From: an uncultured archaeon | Lineage (GTDB): Archaea; Thermoproteota; Nitrososphaeria; Nitrososphaerales; Gagatemarchaeaceae | DNA: 64,000 nucleotides | Assembly (NCBI GenBank): GCA_963799775.1 | Contig: CAWCYD010000003.1 | Coordinates: forward strand, 32,001-96,000 | Direction of reading: 5' to 3' | In this document: positions 43,510-54,190 of the stretch, piece by piece | Layout of the letters: each line of letters opens with the position of its first letter | Position numbering within the stretch: the stretch's first letter is position 1 | Position numbers and translations under genes: made by a program | Notes under the pieces: model-generated | Database searches by the model: none | What the model was told of the DNA's origin: nothing | Seen by the model: the letters and a program-made list of their open reading frames with translations, nothing else

Positions 43510-44469
43510 ATGCTAGAGAAAATGGGAGCGATGCGGAATGCCTACGGCGAGGCTCTCGTCGAGCTGGGCGCCAACAACCAGCGGATAGTGGTCCTGGGCG
43601 CCGACACCACAGATTCTATGAAGTCCGGGATGTTCGGGGTCAAGTATCCTGACAGGTTCTTCAACCTCGGAATCGCGGAGCAGAACCTCGTCGGCGTCGC
43701 CGCGGGGCTCGCCTTCGGAGGGAAGATCGCCTACGCAGGCACCTACGCCATCTTCGTCCCCGGAAAGTGCGTCGACCAGATACGGAACATGCTCTGCTAT
43801 GCCGACCTCGACGTCAAGATAGTCTGTTCCCACGCGGGGATCACGGTAGGCCCCGACGGAGGCTCGCACGAGCAGGTCGAGGACATAGCTCTGATGCGGT
43901 GCATACCTCACATGAGGGTCGTCGTCCCCGCGGACGCCGTGGCCGTCAAGGGCATAGTCAAGGCGATCGCGGACATCCCCGGACCGTTCTACGTGAGGAT
44001 CACCAGGGGAGTGATCAAGGGCTCGAACACCCCCATCGTGTACGAGAACGGCTTCGAGTACAAGCTGGGCAAGGTGAACGTGATCAGGGAAGGGAGCGAC
44101 GTCGCGCTCTTCGCGTGCGGGATAATGGTCCCGGAGGCGATGAGGGCCGCCGAGTCGCTGGCGAAGAAAGGGGTGCAGGCCAGCGTCATCGACGTCCACA
44201 CGGTAAAGCCGATAGACGAGGAGACGGTAATCAAATACGCAAGGAAGTGCGGCGCAGCCGTGAGCGCAGAGGAGCACAACGTCCTAGGGGGGATGGGCTC
44301 AGCCCTCGCGGAGGTCTTCACCGACCAGTATCCGATCCCGTTGAAGAGGGTCGGAGTGATGGACACCTTCGGGGAGAGCGGCGAGGCACAGGAACTTCTC
44401 AACAAATACGGGCTGACGGCCGCACACATCGAGGAGGCAGCCTCGCAGTCTGTAGCGATGAAACGATAG
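43510..44469 (+). CDS. Transketolase C-terminal subunit
   Basis: GIAEQNL, GPDGGSHE..ED, EEHNVLGGMG, DTFGESG. Confidence 0.93.
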   Translation: MLEKMGAMRNAYGEALVELGANNQRIVVLGADTTDSMKSGMFGVKYPDRFFNLGIAEQNLVGVAAGLAFGGKIAYAGTYAIFVPGKCVDQIRNMLCYADLDVKIVCSHAGITVGPDGGSHEQVEDIALMRCIPHMRVVVPADAVAVKGIVKAIADIPGPFYVRITRGVIKGSNTPIVYENGFEYKLGKVNVIREGSDVALFACGIMVPEAMRAAESLAKKGVQASVIDVHTVKPIDEETVIKYARKCGAAVSAEEHNVLGGMGSALAEVFTDQYPIPLKRVGVMDTFGESGEAQELLNKYGLTAAHIEEAASQSVAMKR

Positions 44470-44503
44470 GCTTATTAAAAGAAATCCGACCCAAAACTTC
44501 GCC

Positions 44504-45178
44504 ATGATGAAGTTCTACCTGGACACCGCGAACTTAGCATCCATCAAGAAGTACAACGCGATGGGCCTCGTCGACGGGGTGACGACAAACCCCACTTTGA
44601 TCGTAAAGGAGGGCGCAGACTTTGAAGAGACGATCAAGGCGATATGCAAGGAGGTCTACCCGAACCCTGTCAGCGCAGAAGTGACCGCGACCGACTACGA
44701 GGGGATGGTCTCCGAGGGCAAGCGCAACAAGGCCTTCGCCGAGAACGTCGTGGTGAAGATCCCAATGATCCCAGAGGGCCTAAAGGCGACGAAGACGCTC
44801 AGCAAGATGGGCATCCCGATCAACATGACGCTCATCTTCTCCGCCAACCAGGCTCTCGCTGCGGCCAAGGCCGGCGCCTCCTACCTCAGCCCGTTCATCG
44901 GGAGGCTGGACGACATCGGACAGGACGGGATGGGCATGATCCGCGACCTAGTCGCGATCAAAAGGGCTTATCCGGGGACTTTCAAGGCGGAGATACTTGT
45001 AGCCAGCATCAGGCACCCCATACATGTGATGGAGGCTGCCAAGTTGGGCGCCGACATCGGCACGATGCCCGCTGAGGTCATGGACAAGCTGCTCCTGCAT
45101 CCTCTCACAGAAATCGGGTTGAAGCGCTTCTTGGACGACTGGAACAAGGCCAAGAAGGAAAAGCCGCTCACAGTCTAG
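44504..45178 (+). CDS. tal: Transaldolase (TalC/FSA family)
   Basis: GVTTNP, SAEV, VVKIP (Schiff-base Lys), SPFIGR; Glu/Phe pattern indicates transaldolase rather than FSA. Confidence 0.9.
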   Translation: MMKFYLDTANLASIKKYNAMGLVDGVTTNPTLIVKEGADFEETIKAICKEVYPNPVSAEVTATDYEGMVSEGKRNKAFAENVVVKIPMIPEGLKATKTLSKMGIPINMTLIFSANQALAAAKAGASYLSPFIGRLDDIGQDGMGMIRDLVAIKRAYPGTFKAEILVASIRHPIHVMEAAKLGADIGTMPAEVMDKLLLHPLTEIGLKRFLDDWNKAKKEKPLTV

Positions 45179-45278
45179 AGTCAGAGAGCCGTTCTGACGG
45201 CGCGACCGGATTGCGCATCATCTGGATGAAAACCTGAAGGAGATTTCGCTCGTCGCGAGAGAGTCTTGAACGCTAGAG

Positions 45279-45753
45279 CTACTTCTTCGTGACGGCGCCC
45301 TTGACGTCTGCCATGTAGACACCGAGCCTGCCTATCTCGTACGTTAGCATCTCGAGGTCCATCGAGCTGTAGTAGTTCTGGTTGTTCCTGAGGTAGTTCG
45401 TCAGCGCCCCGTACCGGTCGTAGAAGTGCTTGGAAGCCAACTCTGGCCATTTTGCGTCGATCTCCCTGAGCGCGAGCCTGCGTTCATAGTTCCCCTTTGG
45501 GACCTTGTGAAGGAGCTTGTCGACAAGAATGTCTGTGACCTGAGTAAGAACGATCCATGACTTTTCAGAAGCCTCTCTGAACGGAAGCACGCCACCGGGG
45601 CCTCCTCGGGCATAGGTGAAGGTCCATTCCCTCGTAGGAGGTGTTCTCCGCCGCCTTGAGAAGGGCCGGCAGGTCTCCGAAGAGCTTCTCTGAGTTCGCC
45701 CAGAGCTCAGTCATGCTCATAGAGTATTTCTGGGTGTTTAGTATCTTGTTCAC
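45279..45753 (-). CDS. Hypothetical helical protein, HEPN/PaREP1-like (frameshift near 45600)
   Basis: REASEKSW resembles the PaREP1 QASEK.W motif; split over two ORFs. Confidence 0.4.
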
Positions 45754-45881
45754 GAGAATATTCCGCTCTCTCGTGTCGTTTAAGAAGATTGCGACGAAGC
45801 GAGAAGCCTTCTCTCCGACGGCTGTCGAATTTGGAACTCGCTAGCATTTAAAGCGCCGCGGCTTGGCGAAAGGGCGAAGCA

Positions 45882-46491
45882 ATGCAGAGACCTACCGGGG
45901 CTCAGGACAAGACTTCGACGGTCCTTGAGGACTTCCTCGCCGCCCTCCGGGACACTCCACGTCCAAGGTCATGTGGTCAAGAGCGAGCCCGAGACGACCA
46001 AGGCGCTGAAGGGCATCCTCTCGGAAGCCGGCTCCCGGTCTGTCGTGGCGGCTGGGATACCGAGCCGCTACAGGAAAGCGGTCGACGCAGCGCTCGCCGG
46101 CCTGAGGTCGGACCATGTGGAAGAGATGAAAGGCACAACTCCAGAGAAGGCGGTAGGCGTCCTGGCCTCTGCCGACGCAGGCATCACGTGGGCCGTGAAC
46201 GGCCTAGCGATGGAGGGCGCAATGCTCGAAGTCGTTTACGACGATTCCCTGAAGCTCGCCTCCTCCTTGCCGATCCTCCATGTGGCCCTGCTCGAATCGT
46301 CGAGCATCCTGCGCGACCTCTCCGAGGCGATGCCCCTAGTGAAGGAATACGTCGCAGGCGCGCCTCCAGACAAAAAGCCGGTGATCTCCTTCATCGCAGG
46401 CCCCAGCAAGACCGGCGACATCGAGATGAGGTTGCTCTACGGAGTCCACGGGCCCCACACAGTGCATGCCATAATCCTCGACTGGGAGTGA
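45882..46491 (+). CDS. lutC: LutC/LUD-domain protein (frameshift near 45950)
   Basis: ADAGIT, LASSLPILHV, ISFIAGPSKTGDIE..L.YGVHGP. Confidence 0.85.
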
Positions 46492-46501
46492 AGAACCGAG
46501 C

Positions 46502-48609
46502 ATGACGAACAACCGGCAGGTTCATCCTCGCCAAGCTGAAACGCGCCCTCAAGGACAAGGACTCCTCGGAGAAGTTCTGGGCCGCCATGACCAAGGCGAG
46601 GGCGAACCGCGAGGCCCTACTCGCCCAGGGCAAGCTGGACATCCACGCCATCAAAGAGTCGAACCGGGCTCTGAAGATGTCCGCGGTGGCCGACACCAGC
46701 CTGGTCCAGGAGTTCGCCGACAACATCACCAAGAACGGCGGGAAGGTCTTCATCGCCAAGACAGGCGCCGAGGCCATCCACTACGTGGAGGAGGTCTCGA
46801 AGAGGGTCGGCGCGAAGCTCATAGTCAAGGCCAAGTCGCTCACTTCAGACGAGATAGACTTTACACATGAGCTGGAGAAGTCGGGGGTCAAGGCGGTCGA
46901 GACCGACCTCGGAGAGCTGATCATACAAGTTGCCGGCGAGACCCCGGTCCATCTCGTCATGCCCGCCGCACACAAGTCGGTGCAAGAGATCGCTCAACTT
47001 GTCTCCAGCGCGGTGGGGAGGGAGATCCCCCCGGAAGACCAGGCGATACTGAGCGCGGTGAGGGCGTACCTCAGGCAGCTCTTCTTGACTGCAGAGATCG
47101 GCGTCACAGGGGCGAACATCGGGATAGCGGAGACCGGCTCCATCGTGATAGAGACGAACGAGGGCAACGGCCGTCTGGTCACCGCGATCCCGAAGGTGCA
47201 CCTCGTCATCATCGGGATGGAGAAGATAGTGCCAAAGTGGGCGGACGCGACCTACCTCGTGAAGGGGCACAGCGCGAGCGCCACTGGGCAGAACATGACG
47301 GTCTACGTCTCCGTTATCACGCAACACGCGCCCTTGGCGGGCTCCACGGACGGGAGGGAATACCACGTGATCATCCTCGACAACGGCAGGAGCAAGATGA
47401 GGGACGACCCCTGGTTCTCTGACGCTCTCAACTGCATCAGGTGCGGGGCGTGTATGAACATCTGCCCCACGTACGGAGTCGCCGGCGGGCACACCTTCGG
47501 CTACATCTATCCCGGCCCCATCGGGATCCCATGGACTGCGGAGGTCCACGGCCTGGACAAGGCCACCTTCGCCCACCTCTGCGTCTCGTGCGGCCTATGC
47601 AAGGAGATCTGCCCCGTGGACATCAACATCCCCATGATGATCGCAAAGGTCAAGGAGGAAGAGGTCCGGGAGAACGGACAGCTCACGGTAAACAGCTTCT
47701 TCATGTCCTCGGAGTCCCTCGCGAAGCTCGCGAGCGCGACGGCTCCCGCCTCGAACTGGCTCCTCAGAAGGAGCGCGACGAGGGCGGTGATGGAGTCCCT
47801 GGTCGGCGTCGACAAGAGAAGGACGCTCCCAAGCTTCTCCAGGAAGAGGTTGCGCAAGCGGATCGAAGGCCTGAGCAACGGAGAGGGGAACGCCGGGAAG
47901 GTCGTCTTCTTCCCGGACGTCTACGCCGACTACAACGACCCCGAACTCGGGGTGAGGGCCTTCAAGATCCTGGTCTCCCTGGGCTACAAGGTCGAGTGTC
48001 CCCAACCTTCATTGGAGCGGGATGCCATACATCTCGTATGGCGACATCGCAAAGGCGACCTCTGTTGCGAAGACCAACCTCGAGTCGCTCAAGAAGTATC
48101 TTGACGACGGCTATTCGGTCGTCTCCACCGAGCCCACGGCGATCTACATGTTCAAGGAGGTCTACCCAACCCTCGTCCCCGGCGCCCTCGCAGAGAAGGC
48201 CCGGACCGCGAGCTTCCCGTTCTTCGGCTTCATCCAGGAGGGACTCGGACAGCTCGAGCTCGACCCGGTCTATCCTACCCAAAAGCCGATAGGCTTCCAC
48301 ATCCCGTGCCACGACCGGGCCGTCTCGTCCGGAGGGCCCGCGATGGCCTTCCTCCGCGCGGCCGGGTACGACGTAAAGGTCGTCGAGGACGGCACTTGCT
48401 GCGGGATGGCAGGGACCTTCGGCATGAAGAAGGGGGACCTGGGCTACAACCTCTCGATGGAGGTGGGCGACCACCTCTTCAGGCTCTTCAGAGGCTCGGG
48501 CCTTGACCTTGTGGCCACGGAGAGCAGCGTCTGCTCGATGCAGATCTCGGACGGAGTGGGGCTGAAGGTCGTCCACCCGCTCTTGACGGCGAACCACGGC
48601 TCGAATTGA
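46502..48609 (+). CDS. lutB: LutB/LldF-type Fe-S oxidoreductase with C-terminal CCG (GlcF-like) domains (frameshifts near 46520 and 48005)
   Basis: ETDLGELIIQ, PVH.VMPA.H, NEGNGRL, CIRCGACMNICP, CVSCGLCKEICP, HIPCH, CCGMAG. Confidence 0.88.
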
Positions 48610-48692
48610 GTCGCGGGCCTACCCAAGATTCCCGCGCACGAGCAACCGAGGGGCTCTACGGCTTAAGAATGGCTCTCCGCCCGGGATAAGCG

Positions 48693-49778
48693 ATGACAGA
48701 GAAGCTCCTGATGGTCCCAGGCCCGACGAACCTCTCGAAGAAGGTGCGGGAGGTCATCTCGCAGGCGCAGGTGGGCCACACAGACCCAGACTTTGTCAAG
48801 AACTTCACCGAGACGCTGGAGCTCGCAAGGAAGGTCTTCAAGAACAGCAAGGGCCACCAGTTCGTCTTCACCGGCACGGGAACCGTCGGCATGGAGGCCG
48901 CCGTTGCCGCAACGGTAGAGCCTGGGGACAAGGCCCTCGTCCTCAACACAGGATACTTCGGCCAGAGGATGGCGGACATCAACCGGGTCTACGGGGCGAA
49001 AGTGGAGGAGCTGACCACCGGGTTCGGTCAGCACGCCGACCCTGGAGACGTCCGCAAGAAGCTGACCGGAGGGTCGTTCAAAGCCCTCTATGTCACCCAC
49101 GTGGACACAGGCACGACGGTCTGCAACCCGATAGCGGAGATCGTCGCCGAGGCCAAGAAGGCCGGACTCATCGCAGTCGTGGACGGAGTGTGCTCGGTGG
49201 GAGGGCTCGAGCTCGACTTCGACAGACTAGGCGCAGACGTCGCATTCACCGGCTCCCAGAAGGCGCTCGCGGCCCCGCCAGGAGCCGTCCTGATCGCCAC
49301 GTCCAGGGAGTTCTTCACCAGGCTCGAGGCGAGGAGGGAGAGCGTCATGACGTATTACGCGAACCTGCTGAGATGGAAGATGGTGATGGACGACCCGAAG
49401 ACGTACTTCGCGACCCACGCCGTGCAGCTGCTCCAGGCCCTGAACCAGGCCTTGAAGGAGGTCCAGGAAGAAGGGATGGAGAAGCGCTGGCAGAGGCACA
49501 AGGCCAACGCCAGAATAATCCGCGACGGGATCGAGGTCACCAACAGCAAGCTCGTCGTAGAGCAGGGCTACAGGGCGGACACCGTGACGGGCCTCTGGAC
49601 AGAGCCTGGGGCGGCACCCGTCATCCAGAAATCCCTGCGGGAAGAGCACGGGATAGACGTCGCGAGGGGCCTGGGCGAGAACAACTCGAAGATGCTCAGG
49701 GTCGGCCACTTTGGGAACCTCACCGAGCAGCAGTCGAGGTTCTTCGTGGACTCGTTCAAGGCTTCGCTTCAAAAGTGA
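48693..49778 (+). CDS. Class V aminotransferase (alanine/serine-glyoxylate type)
   Basis: LMVPGPT, GTGT.GMEA, HVDTGT, DGVCS, GSQKALAAPPG. Confidence 0.9.
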   Translation: MTEKLLMVPGPTNLSKKVREVISQAQVGHTDPDFVKNFTETLELARKVFKNSKGHQFVFTGTGTVGMEAAVAATVEPGDKALVLNTGYFGQRMADINRVYGAKVEELTTGFGQHADPGDVRKKLTGGSFKALYVTHVDTGTTVCNPIAEIVAEAKKAGLIAVVDGVCSVGGLELDFDRLGADVAFTGSQKALAAPPGAVLIATSREFFTRLEARRESVMTYYANLLRWKMVMDDPKTYFATHAVQLLQALNQALKEVQEEGMEKRWQRHKANARIIRDGIEVTNSKLVVEQGYRADTVTGLWTEPGAAPVIQKSLREEHGIDVARGLGENNSKMLRVGHFGNLTEQQSRFFVDSFKASLQK

Positions 49779-49895
49779 GGCGTAAGAGCCCCTACTCCGT
49801 TTCGCAGCCGCCGAAGGCTCCTCCGAGGAAACGCCAAGAGTCGAAGAAAATCTGGATGAGGTTTTATACCTCCGAGAGGTCGCGTGGTGAACTCG

Positions 49896-51695
49896 ATGGC
49901 GAGCTCCGAGCAAGAGAAGATCCTTGGCATCGACCTCGGGACGACCAACTCCGCCGCGGCCGTCTACGAGGGGTCTGGCGCCATCTCCATCCCTAGCCAG
50001 GACGGCGAGGCCGTCGGGGGGAAGATGTTCCCCTCCGTGGTCGCGTTCATGGCGGACGGGAGCGTTGTGGTCGGGGAGAAGGCGAAGCGTCAGATGTCGC
50101 TCAACCCGAAGGGAACCATCCTCGAGATCAAGCGGAAGATGGGCACCGAGTACAGGGTCGAGGTCAACGGGAAGAAGTACACCCCTGAAGAGATATCCTC
50201 GTTCATCCTGCGCAAGATAAAGACAGAGTCCGAGGCCTACCTAGGGGCGACCGCCAGGAAGGCGGTCATCACGGTCCCGGCGCACTTCAACGACAACCAG
50301 AGGCAGGCGACGATGGAAGCGGGCGCGATGGCAGGCCTCGAGGTCATCAGGATAATCAACGAGCCGACCGCAGCGTGCCTCGCCTACGGCCTGGACCGGG
50401 CCGCGCAGGGAGCGGAGGGGACGAAGCTGCGGATCATGGTCTTCAGCTTCGGCGGTGGGGCCCACGACGTGACGACGATGGAGATCGAGGGGGAGACCTA
50501 CAAGGTCCTGGCGACAAGCGGAGACACGCTGACCGGCGGCGCCGACATCGACAACGCCATAGTCGAGAGGCTGGCGAACCAGTTCTACAACGAGACAGGC
50601 GTCAACCTGCGAAGCAATCCGTCCGCGATGGTCAGGCTCAAGGAGGCGGCAGAGAAGGCCAAGATCGAGCTCTCGACGGAGCTCTCCGTCGAGGTGGGCG
50701 TCCCGTTCCTCGCGAACGTCAGCGGCGTCCCGAAGCACCTGAAGTACGAGCTGACCCAGGCGGAGCTGGAGCAGATAGCGCTCCCGATAGTCAAGAAGGT
50801 GGAGTCGACGATAAAGACGGTCCTCATCGACTCCCGTCTCGCCCCCGAGGACGTCGACAGGCTCATCCTCATCGGAGGGCAGACCAAGATGCCGCTCGTC
50901 AGGAGGGTCGTCGAGAAATATATGGGGAAGGACGCAGAAGAGGGCGTCGACCCGATGCAGTGCGTCGCGATCGGAGCCGCCTATCAGGGAGCGGTGCTCG
51001 CTGGGAAGCTGAACTACAAGCTCCTCGACGTGACCCCGCTCACTCTGGGGGTCGAGGACGCGGCAGGGACGGTGCAGAAGGTCATCTACAGGAACACCCC
51101 GATCCCCGTCTCAAAGAGCCAATCTTTCACGACGGCGGAGGACGACCAGACGGAGGTAAGCATCCATGTCCTCCAGGGAGAGCGCCCCATGGCGGCCGAC
51201 TGCGTCTCGATAGGGCGGTTCGACCTGGAGGGGTTCGCCCCCAGGGCAAGAGGCGCGACCCAGATCATTATCGGCTTCGAGATAGACGCCAACGGGATCC
51301 TGCACGTCTCGGCACGGGAGCTCGCGAGCGGTGTCGAGCAGAAGGTCAAGATCACGGGCAGGATGAAGATCCCAGAAGACGAACGGAGGCGCCTTATCGA
51401 GGAGAGCCACATGTTCTCGGGCATCGACCGCGCGAGGAGGGAAGAGGCCCTGCTCCAGGCGAACGGCGACCAGCTCATCTACAAGGCGAGGAAGATTCAG
51501 GGGGCACTCCTTCTCCCACGGGAGAGGATCGAGAAGCTGAACAAGGTGTGCGCGGAGCTGAAGGCGACGATGGCCTCCCCCCTCGACTACGAGGGCGAGA
51601 ACATCAAGCTGGAGAACCTAAAGGCCAAGATGGTGGAGCTCGCCGACCTCATAAACGACACGATAGACGTCTACGAGATGGGCGAAGCCGCCTAG
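49896..51695 (+). CDS. Atypical Hsp70/DnaK paralog
   Basis: GIDLGTTNS, ITVPAHF, INEPTAA, LLDVTPLTLG; phosphate-2 loop reads SFGGGAHD. Confidence 0.9.
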   Translation: MASSEQEKILGIDLGTTNSAAAVYEGSGAISIPSQDGEAVGGKMFPSVVAFMADGSVVVGEKAKRQMSLNPKGTILEIKRKMGTEYRVEVNGKKYTPEEISSFILRKIKTESEAYLGATARKAVITVPAHFNDNQRQATMEAGAMAGLEVIRIINEPTAACLAYGLDRAAQGAEGTKLRIMVFSFGGGAHDVTTMEIEGETYKVLATSGDTLTGGADIDNAIVERLANQFYNETGVNLRSNPSAMVRLKEAAEKAKIELSTELSVEVGVPFLANVSGVPKHLKYELTQAELEQIALPIVKKVESTIKTVLIDSRLAPEDVDRLILIGGQTKMPLVRRVVEKYMGKDAEEGVDPMQCVAIGAAYQGAVLAGKLNYKLLDVTPLTLGVEDAAGTVQKVIYRNTPIPVSKSQSFTTAEDDQTEVSIHVLQGERPMAADCVSIGRFDLEGFAPRARGATQIIIGFEIDANGILHVSARELASGVEQKVKITGRMKIPEDERRRLIEESHMFSGIDRARREEALLQANGDQLIYKARKIQGALLLPRERIEKLNKVCAELKATMASPLDYEGENIKLENLKAKMVELADLINDTIDVYEMGEAA

Positions 51696-51697
51696 AG

Positions 51698-53164
51698 TCA
51701 GCCCTTGGGAGAGGAGTGGCTGGTTATCTGCTCTATGACGTCGGTCGACTCGACGAGCAACCTGAACGGCGTCGAAAGGGGGACCCCCTTCGCGGTGGTC
51801 GCCAATACAGTGATCGTGTAAGACCCGTCAGGCTGGTTGCTAAAGGCGAAGTCCATCTCGGTCGTCTTGTCGGGGGCGAGCGTCGCCCTCGTCTTGATTA
51901 TCTGGATTGTCTGGTTCGCCGCGTTCTTCAGCGTCGCGTAGAAGACGGTCTGCTGGGCGACGTTCTGGTCGTTCAAGAAGCTGAAGCTGACGCTGGGCGC
52001 GTTGGCGTACGAGTCGAGGACAGGGGCGTCCGCATAGTTCCCGTAGGTCGGCGTCCCTTGCATGACGAGCGAGTCGTCCGTGAACGGCGCCGCCTGTGCG
52101 GTGTAACTCGGGTTCATCGCCTCCATCAGGTCTGACGCCGACGCGTCCCTCTGGTTGATAGCCGGCAGGTCGAAGACTCTCTCGATGAACTTCAGTATGG
52201 ACACGTGGTCCGAGAGAGTGTGGTCGATGTATCCCTGCTTCGCGAAAGGCGAGATTAGCAAGAGCGGGACGCGGAATCCCAGGCCATAGTTGTCGATCTG
52301 GGGCGGCGCCACGTGGTCATACCATCCGCCGTAGTCGTCCCAAGTCAGAAGGATCGCCGTAGAGCCCCAATAGCTGCTAGACTGGACAGCTTCTATTATG
52401 CCCTGGACCCACGCCTGCCCTATAGCGACGTCGTAGGGCGGGTGCTCGTTCTGGCCGTCCGACGCTGTGATGTAGGTGACGGCGGGCAGGTTCCCGTTCT
52501 GGAGGTCCGTCATGAAGTTCTGGCTCAGCCTAAGGTTGCTCGACATCGTGTAGTTGTCAATTATCGAAGGGATTAGGCCCAGTGCGTTCTCGTTGCCTAG
52601 CTGGTAGGGGGAATAGTAGGCCCAAGAGTCTCCGGCGGCTTGCAGCTCGTTCGCGATCGTGTTGATGTTCAGAGGCGTCGTCCCCTGCGTCACCGAGTCC
52701 GGAACACCGTCGTCCTGAGCTGCCACGATGTAGAGGTGGTTCGGGAGGGAGGGCCCCATCTCCGAGGTGAAGTAGTTGTCGAAGAGAGTGTAGTTCTTCG
52801 CGAGGCTCCAGTAATAGGGGATGTCTCTCTGGTCATAGTAGCCAAAGGTGTCGTTCGAGCCTTCGGCTTGGAGGAAGCCGTCCATCTTCCCGTTGTCGTA
52901 GTCCGCGCGCGCGCAATCTGTTGAATGGCAGAGGTCGACCTGTGAGTTCACAAGGTGGTACGGATGGACGTTGGGAGGGTCATTCTTGATTCCGTTGGCG
53001 CCAGGGAACGTCCCGAAATAGTTGTCGAAGGTGTGGTTCTCCTGGACGATCACGATTATGTGCTTGATGGGGTTCCCGGAGACCACGTTCGGGGAGGCGA
53101 AGTACGGCTGGACAAGCGGCACGAACACGAGAAGGAACAGCGGGACGAGGGTCAGTAGCTTCAT
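51698..53164 (-). CDS. Secreted phosphoesterase (phospholipase C/acid phosphatase family) with C-terminal Ig-like domain
   Basis: [53 protein letters not shown]. Confidence 0.9.
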   Translation of the reverse strand: MKLLTLVPLFLLVFVPLVQPYFASPNVVSGNPIKHIIVIVQENHTFDNYFGTFPGANGIKNDPPNVHPYHLVNSQVDLCHSTDCARADYDNGKMDGFLQAEGSNDTFGYYDQRDIPYYWSLAKNYTLFDNYFTSEMGPSLPNHLYIVAAQDDGVPDSVTQGTTPLNINTIANELQAAGDSWAYYSPYQLGNENALGLIPSIIDNYTMSSNLRLSQNFMTDLQNGNLPAVTYITASDGQNEHPPYDVAIGQAWVQGIIEAVQSSSYWGSTAILLTWDDYGGWYDHVAPPQIDNYGLGFRVPLLLISPFAKQGYIDHTLSDHVSILKFIERVFDLPAINQRDASASDLMEAMNPSYTAQAAPFTDDSLVMQGTPTYGNYADAPVLDSYANAPSVSFSFLNDQNVAQQTVFYATLKNAANQTIQIIKTRATLAPDKTTEMDFAFSNQPDGSYTITVLATTAKGVPLSTPFRLLVESTDVIEQITSHSSPKG

Positions 53165-53365
53165 GCTATCCAGTTATTCTCTTGTCGCGAATCTCCCCAT
53201 TCCCTCAAGATGCTCGGCGGACGAACCAAATTTGGACCGCTCCGAACATAGATTACCGGTATAGAACAAAGTTCTGTATATTTATGTCTCGCGACGTCGC
53301 CAAATTGTCACATTTGTGCTAACTCCGGACAAAAGGATTTAGCGTCTTCGTGCCTTCGAACGGCC

Positions 53366-54139
53366 GTGTCGAAGCCTCCACAGGACTTTAGGAGCGAGGA
53401 GAGGCTCATCCCTCTCATCCGAGCGCGGCTCGCAGAACGGCTCGTGCAAGAGGGGTTCAGGCCGAAGCAGGTGGCCTCTGCCCTCAACGTGACGCAGGCC
53501 GCGGTGACCCAGTACCTGAAGCGCAAACGCGGAGGAAACCCGTCGATGCTGGTCTCGATCGACCGCCTCATCGACCCTCTTGCGGAGAAGCTCGCTAAGA
53601 GGATCCGCAGCGGTCTCGGCGGGGTAGAGACGACCGAGCTCGTCGAGGCGGCGAGGCAGGTCATGGTGATGAACAGGGGCATGCTCGTGGTCCAGCAGCA
53701 CGCGGACCGGCCCGAGCGCGACAAGGCCCTGAAGATCCTGAGGGAGCGGCTCAAACTAGAGCTCACCGCCGCCGAGAGGTATCTGGAGCTCTCGAACAAG
53801 ACGGCGGACGACTACTCCAAGATGCTCCTGCGGATGATAGCCGCGGACAGCATCAGACACGGCGACGTCGTCTCACAGGTGATCTCCTGGTTCGAGGCCG
53901 GCAGGGAGACAGATGTGGAGATGCCTGGCAAGGCCATCCTGGAGAGCCTGATCGAATTGGAGGACTCTGCACACGAGGCGAGCCTCACCCAGAGCATCCG
54001 GATAGGCCACCCCATAGCCCAGCTCCTCTTCCAGTGGATCGACGCCGACGAGGAGAAGCACGAGAAGATCGTCTCGAAGATGCTGAAGCTGGAGCAGGAG
54101 CGCGACCGAAAGAGAGGGCGACCCGGCGGCGCGAAGTAA
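53366..54139 (+). CDS. HTH transcriptional regulator fused to a ferritin-like domain
   Basis: QVASALNVTQAAVTQYL..KRG HTH; E...DSIRH and E...DEEKH helix pairs. Confidence 0.75.
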   Translation: MSKPPQDFRSEERLIPLIRARLAERLVQEGFRPKQVASALNVTQAAVTQYLKRKRGGNPSMLVSIDRLIDPLAEKLAKRIRSGLGGVETTELVEAARQVMVMNRGMLVVQQHADRPERDKALKILRERLKLELTAAERYLELSNKTADDYSKMLLRMIAADSIRHGDVVSQVISWFEAGRETDVEMPGKAILESLIELEDSAHEASLTQSIRIGHPIAQLLFQWIDADEEKHEKIVSKMLKLEQERDRKRGRPGGAK

Positions 54140-54190
54140 ACCAAACTTAATAGACTAAATCTGGGCGGTTAAAAAGGAATGTCGAATCAC

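Noticed and set aside
50375-52135. 586-aa Arg/Gly-rich ORF
   Set aside because: Alternative frame over Hsp70 and antisense to the phosphoesterase; a codon-bias artefact.
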